Source: Oopsacas minuta (lineage: Eukaryota; Animalia; Porifera). Taken from it: a stretch of 64,000 nt of DNA. The position numbers and the translations under genes were made by a program. Positions 57,483-64,000 of the stretch are shown here, in pieces. The notes below the pieces were generated by a model, which ran no database searches, was not told the origin of the DNA, and worked only from the letters and a program-made list of their open reading frames with translations. Within the stretch, counting starts at the first letter, position 1. Each line of letters begins with the position of its first letter. The stretch is from assembly GCA_024704765.1 (NCBI GenBank), contig JAKMXF010000133.1, positions 682,001 through 746,000 of the forward strand. Reading direction: 5' to 3'.

Positions 57483-59936
57483 ATGGTAACAGTACGTATT
57501 GTAATTATTCTCTCTTTCCTTTTGAGTCAAATTCATGTCTGCAGTCCATTAATACTGCCTGATAGTATTAAAGGTTCGATCGGCAAAGAGTACATTGCAC
57601 TCATTTCAAATAATTCTACACACATTTACGAATTTTCCATCTCAGTTCAATCGTTCAGAATTGAAACAGCTGTGTTTTCTAATGATACAACATCTCCCGT
57701 AGAAATATACCTTTCCCATCCGTCTTATGTTGAGGGCTGGTTACTTCCTACAACCTCTCATGTAATCCCTGGAGAGATAATATCAACAGCATCTAGAATC
57801 TCTTGTCCCTCTCAACTGAATAACAATATATCTACTATCATAGTTAGAATACAAACCTTCTCCGTAAATCTAATACGATATAAGATAAAAGTTGCAAAGT
57901 ACAATTCGAACCTAATCCAGATAGATCAACAAGCTACTAGTGCCATATCAGCCTCCTTTCCGAATTATTTCGTTTTGGATATTCCTGATGATGTAGACAT
58001 TGTAGAAGTACATCTAACTTCTGCTTCTGAACTCTGTTCCCTTGTTAGAATTGCTAGTTATTCGTGTCCCCCAGACTTCACCATACGCTCTAGTAAACTA
58101 ATCCCCGACTATGAAATGACGATGAGGAGTGTAGTAGATCTCAGAGTGAGACGCTCAGACTTCCTAGAAGGTAGCATGGTTGTGTTCCTCATTCCTCTAC
58201 CAGCCATTGAATGCAGAACCACTGTTGAATATTCTAAGAACATTTTGTCACCTAATTTCCAAAAGAATATATCCCTGGTGGTAAACGAGGGGAGTACTGA
58301 GTTTTGGGTTTCCATCCTTATCATGCCTGCGATCTTCATCTCAGCATATGTGCTATTTGCTATCATTATTGGATTTGAGTTGATAATTGCTAAGTTTTTC
58401 CCGAGATTAAGGAAGCATTTTTCAATATTTTTAAGGATACACATTTCTGGGAAAAATGAAGGCAATGATAGTTGTACAGTTTCTACTTCTAATAAGCAGA
58501 TTTATGTAGAACTGCAAGATGTACCTGCAACAGGTGAGATACAATCCACCACCGTACATCAACAAATAGAATCTTCAATAGAAAATCCTGCTCAATCGAA
58601 GAGAGATTATCCTGAAAAGTATAAGAGTAATACTTCAAAAGGAGAGTTAAGTTATCGCGCGAGAGGAGCATACTTCTACGATATTATAAACCAAAAGGAA
58701 GTTACAGTGAGTGATGTGAACTTAAGACCTCTGAGAGAATTGAATAGAAATGCTATGATGTATATCTTCCTTGTCGTAATTGTTGGATTAATCTACGTTC
58801 TTCCTGGATTACAGGTAGCCTACCTGAACCATGAGCTGGTTATAGATACAGGTATCCTGGATTTATGCTATATTAACTTCAAATGTGATTATCAGCTAAA
58901 TTCCATTCGTAGTTTTAACAGCATCTGGAGTAATATTAGCTATATGTTTCTGAGCTTTCTCTTTGTCATTATTGTTGCTATCAAGCACTTCTCCTTTATT
59001 AGAGAACTGAAAGTTCATGGTCAGCCTACTACAGGAATTCCACAGGTATTTGGATTGTATTATGGTTTAGCTATTGCGCTATTCATTGAAGGCATTATGA
59101 GTTGCATCTACCATCTCTGTCCTTCATTAATTAATTTCCAGTTCGACACTACATTCATGTATATCATTGCTACTTTGTTATTCATAAGATTATACAAGAA
59201 TAGAAACCCTGATGCTACAATACACCCCTTTGTTGCGTTTGTTATGCTTTCAGTAGCTGTATTATTCACTAGTGTATCACTATTCAAAGAGAGTCACAGC
59301 AACTTTTCTGGGAGGATAGTACTAACCTTGGCACTGATCGTATATGCATTGGTTGTGATCCATTTGGTCTATACTTTGTTCGTCAAAAATTTGCTCAACT
59401 ATTACTACCAAGATTTTGTAAGTCACAGGAGTATTTTGAGAGTTTTGAGACAATTATTTTGGCCTCAGTATAACAAGTCCAGAATATTCTTGTGCTTAAT
59501 AGTTTTGGTTTCGTCCCTCATCCCAATGATAGCTCTTTGGGTTCCAGGTGTGTTGGTTACAATTACCTCTGGAATTTTTTATCTTTTCCTCCTCCAAGCG
59601 TTTTTGTATATTTTGTACTATTGGGTTCAGAAGTTTGTTAAGAAGGAATTTTTTCATCGTCCATTTGTTTTTGTTTGCGTATTTTTGATGATGATATTTA
59701 CATTTACATTGTGGGGTTTCGCACTGTACTTCCAGAGAAATTCGTCTATTAACTGGGATGAGAGTCCTGCAATCGCAAGAGAGTTTAATAAAGATTGCGT
59801 TTTCCTTAACTTTTATGATCATCATGACATGTGGCATGTTCTATCAGCATTTGCTATATTCATGCTATTTCTCACTGTTCTTGTCATAGATGAGAATCTG
59901 GTCTGTGTACAACAGGACAAAATACGTGTGTTTTAG
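57483..59936 (+). CDS. SIDT: SID-1 transmembrane family protein (SIDT1/2-like), intronless
   Basis: Signal-peptide-like N-terminus, two luminal beta-rich domains, YVLPGLQV, GILDLCYINFKC, FNSIWSNISY, SCIYHLCP, NFQFDTTFMY, SPAIAREFNKDC, FYDHHDMWHVLSA. Confidence 0.93.
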   Translation: MVTVRIVIILSFLLSQIHVCSPLILPDSIKGSIGKEYIALISNNSTHIYEFSISVQSFRIETAVFSNDTTSPVEIYLSHPSYVEGWLLPTTSHVIPGEIISTASRISCPSQLNNNISTIIVRIQTFSVNLIRYKIKVAKYNSNLIQIDQQATSAISASFPNYFVLDIPDDVDIVEVHLTSASELCSLVRIASYSCPPDFTIRSSKLIPDYEMTMRSVVDLRVRRSDFLEGSMVVFLIPLPAIECRTTVEYSKNILSPNFQKNISLVVNEGSTEFWVSILIMPAIFISAYVLFAIIIGFELIIAKFFPRLRKHFSIFLRIHISGKNEGNDSCTVSTSNKQIYVELQDVPATGEIQSTTVHQQIESSIENPAQSKRDYPEKYKSNTSKGELSYRARGAYFYDIINQKEVTVSDVNLRPLRELNRNAMMYIFLVVIVGLIYVLPGLQVAYLNHELVIDTGILDLCYINFKCDYQLNSIRSFNSIWSNISYMFLSFLFVIIVAIKHFSFIRELKVHGQPTTGIPQVFGLYYGLAIALFIEGIMSCIYHLCPSLINFQFDTTFMYIIATLLFIRLYKNRNPDATIHPFVAFVMLSVAVLFTSVSLFKESHSNFSGRIVLTLALIVYALVVIHLVYTLFVKNLLNYYYQDFVSHRSILRVLRQLFWPQYNKSRIFLCLIVLVSSLIPMIALWVPGVLVTITSGIFYLFLLQAFLYILYYWVQKFVKKEFFHRPFVFVCVFLMMIFTFTLWGFALYFQRNSSINWDESPAIAREFNKDCVFLNFYDHHDMWHVLSAFAIFMLFLTVLVIDENLVCVQQDKIRVF

Positions 59937-60073
59937 CCCTTCAGTATAGTTACATAATTATCCCCTGCTTGTATATTAGTCACAACTTCGTTTTACAATT
60001 GTTTATTTGTAATATTTGGTACTTATTAGCTATCTCTATACAATTAGCTGTATTTTGGGAGTAGTGTTATATA

Positions 60074-60110
60074 TCTATATTATTAAATTGTTCTCTGTTT
60101 GTCCGTTGAG
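60074..60110 (+). repeat. 5' end of the same Helitron-like repeat, plus strand
   Basis: A|TCTATATTATTAAATTGTTCTCTGTTTGTCCGTTG; a related internal piece CTCTAAACGGCTACACA at ~60345 also matches ~56430 on the minus strand. Confidence 0.55.
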
Positions 60111-61216
60111 TATGAATGTAAAGTAAACGAATTAGCCAAATCTCAAAATATACGTATGGAATTGCTCTATACCGTTCTCAACCTGACCAAGCTTGGTTTG
60201 TTCATTTATTGATCATGTTGAAGTTATTTGGCCATTTTACCAAACATAACCAAAACCTGAACAAACAAGTTTACTTGAGTGTTTTGTTATGATCGAAATT
60301 TTTATGTAAAGTGTGGCCATAACCCATGAGAGTTGAGAATCCCTCTCTAAACGGCTACACAAGGGTAACAATTAACAAAGCAAACTGAATCCGGTGTTAT
60401 ACTGCAAGATGTTATCCTAATCTAATCACCCGTATCTATGACATTAGACTAGTCCCCCTTTAGGCTATTTATCTATACAGGACGGTGCTGTACTCGTGTT
60501 ATTATCAGAATTCAGAAATGAGCTGTCCTGATATCCTGAACATTCTACCCCTTACTTATTTTCTGATCAAAATTCTAAATAATACTGATAGAAAGGTTAG
60601 AAAGCACAAAGCACTTGCACACATGTGCTAAAGGTAGTAATAGAGACTTCTATAGTTCTGGAGACATTTGACACGAAGGGGGTCACTCGAGCTAGTCTTA
60701 GTGCCAGAAGTTGGGGAACAGCTGCCCCTCTGACACCGGATTTCTGATCTTTCCTATGTGTATTTTAATCATATAAAGAATTTAACTAAATATATGTAAA
60801 TTGCCTAAACACTGCCTCGCAGGGTCCGTTAATTTGAACAATTAGTATTCCTCCGGGCGTTAAGCAAAAGGCTCATATAATGTCTATATTTGCATATTTT
60901 CCTATTATCCTTGTTTCAGGGCATTATAACCAGGCCTGGGGTAATAGTAATAGTAACGATTTCATTGGCTATTTAGTATTTAAGTTCGTTCGCATGGCAC
61001 ATGTACACTCTTTGCCAAATCTTATTCTCCTCTTGTATTTGTAATTTTGTACATATATTAATAAACATAACAGTGTCGAAATTTCTTATGACACTTACGT
61101 AATACAATTGGGGAAGAAAGCTCTAGCGACCAAACATCCGCTATTACTATTTTGGGTTCTAAACTTTGGATGACATTATAGACGATCTCTACCTAGAACC
61201 CTGTTATTCCTGTACA

Positions 61217-61690
61217 GTACAACCTCTATAAGGGGTCTCTATAAATGGGGAACCTCTATATGCGGGCAATTTCGTCTACCTTCATCCATTCCATAGAAAC
61301 GAACGTCTATAAGTGGGAATGGGGCACACTTTACGTAATTATGCTTCACAAGTATTGAAATATACCTCTAAAGTGGGGAATTCTACGATAAAATTCCTTG
61401 AATAATTAATTCTTGTGCTAAATTTTGGGAAAAAAAAGCACGTATTTATCGCTATGATGGATTGGAATTTTTGAGTTTTTTAGAAGAAAATTTCTTACAA
61501 ATTTGTATATTTCGCCAACAACCTTAGGGAATATTATAATAATCAAATTTTATTGAAAAAACAATTGTTGGAAGAAGTTGCTATACATATTGACTCAAAT
61601 ATCTCTCGTTCAATGACATTTACATTTGAAATTATAAATGGGGAATGAGGGTTATCAGGAGATTCACCACACTTATAGAGTTCTATATAT
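61217..61690. mobile_element. Decayed pogo/Tigger-like MITE
   Basis: TA|CAGTACAACCTCTATAAG left end, internal CCTCTATA(A) repeats, right end CACTTATAGAGTTCTA; a similar left end TA|CAGTAGAACCTCTATAAG at 40237. Confidence 0.45.
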
Positions 61691-61721
61691 AATCTCAGCT
61701 TATTGGTAACCACTGAAGTCT

Positions 61722-62295
61722 ATGGAAGATTTTGATTTTTCTTTTGTTTCTGATTGGTTTGAGAAGCTCAAAAATCTTACAGGCTATTCTCCTAGGATTG
61801 AGATTACATGCTCCAGAACAAATTGTAGCTTGTAATGCTAGTGCTACAGATGGACCATTTTTTTGAAGTTGGTAAAGCTACACGCGAATTGGAACCTGAT
61901 TATAGAAGCCCTTTTCAGTTTCGGAAGGTTTAGACTCACCATCCACCATTCCCAATACACCTGATACCACTGATATCAGTAAAGATGTTAATAATCCATT
62001 TTTACATGATAATTCCAGTGATATTAATATGACAGAAACCAACACCAATAAAATTAATCCATTTCTCACTGAAGAAAACTCTCTAACTCAGCTGAATTGT
62101 TCGGGCCAAACTCAAGCTAATCGACCCTCTATTCCGAAAGCTTCTGGAGACGTCGGTATGCCTATAGAAAATAGCATTCAGATTAACTTCCGTTTATCTG
62201 ATGTTAAGAATAGGAACACTGATCTCAGTCCTGAAAGCACACCACTCCCTCTCAGTGATAATGAAGACATGGAAACGGACGCGGACGTGAATTGA
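61722..62295 (+). pseudogene. Probable degenerate paralog of the downstream Cys-rich gene
   Basis: MEDFDFSFVSDWFEKLKNLTGY resembles the N-terminus FSFFSNWVDWVKERTGY of the 62859 ORF; it stops after 37 codons, with later frames giving a Thr/Ser/Asn-rich tail with two NPF motifs. Confidence 0.4.
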
Positions 62296-62858
62296 TGAAC
62301 TATTCAATAAATATTTATCCATTGTTTAGGTATACAATCTGTGTAACAGTTACATCTTTTAGTTGTTTCCTGATCTTTTCTGATATTCCTTATATCCCGT
62401 ATACGTATAGTGATGTAGTTTAGTAATATTATTTGTTAAATTGTATACTTCTATGCTTTTAATAGGTTTTTACATATCTTATACACCCTATTTGATTCTA
62501 TTTACTATCAGAGGATCAAAATAGGTCGTGATGTAGTACAATTGGTAGGTAAATATGGGTACATCATACTGCGAAATAAACCGGTACGACTGTAGATAAG
62601 TGACTGTTATTGCAGGGTTTATCTAGGAGCACTGGACTCTCTCCTATATGCATATCGTTTGAAACAAAATATAGTTAAGGCTTGAAATTTTAGACCTTTT
62701 CCCTATACCTAACTTAAATATCCTGATTCAGGCGTCTGAAAATCACAAGAGAAAGTGCTCCCACGTGTACTTTACATGTATAATAGCTATGTACATGGGA
62801 CCAATAATTATAGAGCAGTCGTGATATACAGGTTTCTATTTTGTGTAGGAGTTGTTTT

Positions 62859-64000
62859 ATGGCACACAAGGATATCATTTCTTCCTTCTCATTTTTTTCT
62901 AATTGGGTTGATTGGGTCAAGGAGCGAACAGGATATCATAGAGATGAGCTCAATTTTTCAGAAGGACTACTCAAAACTCTGTACTATGAGACAGATATAG
63001 GATCTATCCCCAGAGGAGCTGTAGCAGATAAATACCCTATTCCTAAATACAAGAATAATCATAATTGGAATAAACAGATTATAGGATGTTATTGGTGTGG
63101 GAGAGATAGAACGGTTGTTCAAGGAATTTGTTGTTGTAAAGAGTGTATTTATTATTTACATGAATGGTGTGTTGAGAGAGTAGAATTATTCCAAGAAAGG
63201 AGATTCTGTAAATTCCCAGGTTGTGATAAGTCTCCAGGAGATAAATCTCAGGTCTGTTGTACTAGAACTCATAATTATGAGTATGATAACTTGTATAAAT
63301 TTATTACCCGAGATCAATTGAGAGGATTGATTGCTAAAGGTCCTTCTTGGTATAACAATAAACAAAGTTTTAGTACATCATCCTCTGTAATTCAGAGTAC
63401 TCAGTCTACTCATGTTAACTCAGCTATAAATACTACAATAATGGACTTAGCAAAAGAAGTTAAATTATATTTAATATTCACCACAGATGTAGGACCTATT
63501 CCTAGATCTTACAAGACATCAGATCATCTATCGTCTCAATACTCAAACCATAAGAACTGGATAACTGATATCAAAGGTTGTTATTATTGTGGTAATATAG
63601 TGACTGATAAATTTGAGTATTTTTGTTCCTATAAATGTTATAAAATATTCCATGAATGGTGTAGACGTAAGATCTTAGTAATTCACGGAATAGAATTCTG
63701 TGAATATCCTGGTTGTGGGAAATTATCTGAACAAGGCTATTCTACTTGTGATAAGTTTCATTTCCAAAGAAGAGATACATTTCTACGAACTGATGAGGCA
63801 TGGAAGTTAATACAGAAAGGACCTCATTGGTACAATACTCCATACACTAATACAGGTAGTGTAAGTACTGGCAAAGTTACTACACACACACAAACTGATA
63901 AGAAATTGAATACACAAAATACTATTATTTATCCATCAAGTAAAGTTAAAACTCACTCAAAAGCTGATGTGGGGTTAAATAAGATACCATATTCTGTTAA
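62859..64000 (+). CDS. Uncharacterised protein with two tandem Cys/His-rich domains, open past the window end (380 codons seen)
   Basis: Manual translation shows no stop from ATG 62859 to 64000: MAHKDIISSFSFFSNWVDW...TDIGSIPR...GCYWCG...CKECIYYLHEWC...FCKFPGC...CCTRTH...LIAKGPSWYN, then TDVGPIPR...GCYYCG...FCSYKCYKIFHEWC...FCEYPGC...TCDKFH...LIQKGPHWYN. Confidence 0.85.
   Translation, partial: MAHKDIISSFSFFSNWVDWVKERTGYHRDELNFSEGLLKTLYYETDIGSIPRGAVADKYPIPKYKNNHNWNKQIIGCYWCGRDRTVVQGICCCKECIYYLHEWCVERVELFQERRFCKFPGCDKSPGDKSQVCCTRTHNYEYDNLYKFITRDQLRGLIAKGPSWYNNKQSFSTSSSVIQSTQSTHVNSAINTTIMDLAKEVKLYLIFTTDVGPIPRSYKTSDHLSSQYSNHKNWITDIKGCYYCGNIVTDKFEYFCSYKCYKIFHEWCRRKILVIHGIEFCEYPGCGKLSEQGYSTCDKFHFQRRDTFLRTDEAWKLIQKGPHWYNTPYTNTGSVSTGKVTTHTQTDKKLNTQNTIIYPSSKVKTHSKADVGLNKIPYSV

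Overview
AT-rich, gene-dense eukaryotic DNA from an animal. Caspase, IAP, SIDT, ASH2L and expanded NHL genes support this; the compactness and near-absence of introns suggest a glass-sponge-like compact genome, which is inference only. The window holds about 29 protein-coding genes, mostly intronless housekeeping genes: CHMP1, CDC25, TMEM70, EXOSC3, WDR83OS/Asterix, ASH2L, MRPS5, WDR59, NOM1, ADAT2, SUMO, MFSD8, a COX14-like gene, MTFMT, UTP6, VWA5A-like, ACTR5, SF3A3, TGDS, DHX15, ALG10 and SIDT. It also has one tRNA-Leu(TAG), three tandem single-BIR IAP-like genes, an NHL protein, a MARVEL gene with a pseudogene copy, a full-length but frameshifted mariner, several MITEs and a Helitron-like repeat family. 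The most unusual signals are: (1) every identifiable gene start has a YAG splice-acceptor-like site 0-33 nt upstream of its ATG, with tightly packed co-oriented genes, suggesting spliced-leader trans-splicing and possibly operons; (2) a caspase fused to a C-terminal NHL-like beta-propeller, nested on the same strand inside intron 2 of EXOSC3; (3) an ORF missed by the ORF track (62859 to window end) built from a duplicated, unrecognised Cys/His-rich domain; (4) an inverted SIDT gene fragment that looks Helitron-captured and patchily gene-converted. All family calls are from motif recognition by eye; no database searches were run.
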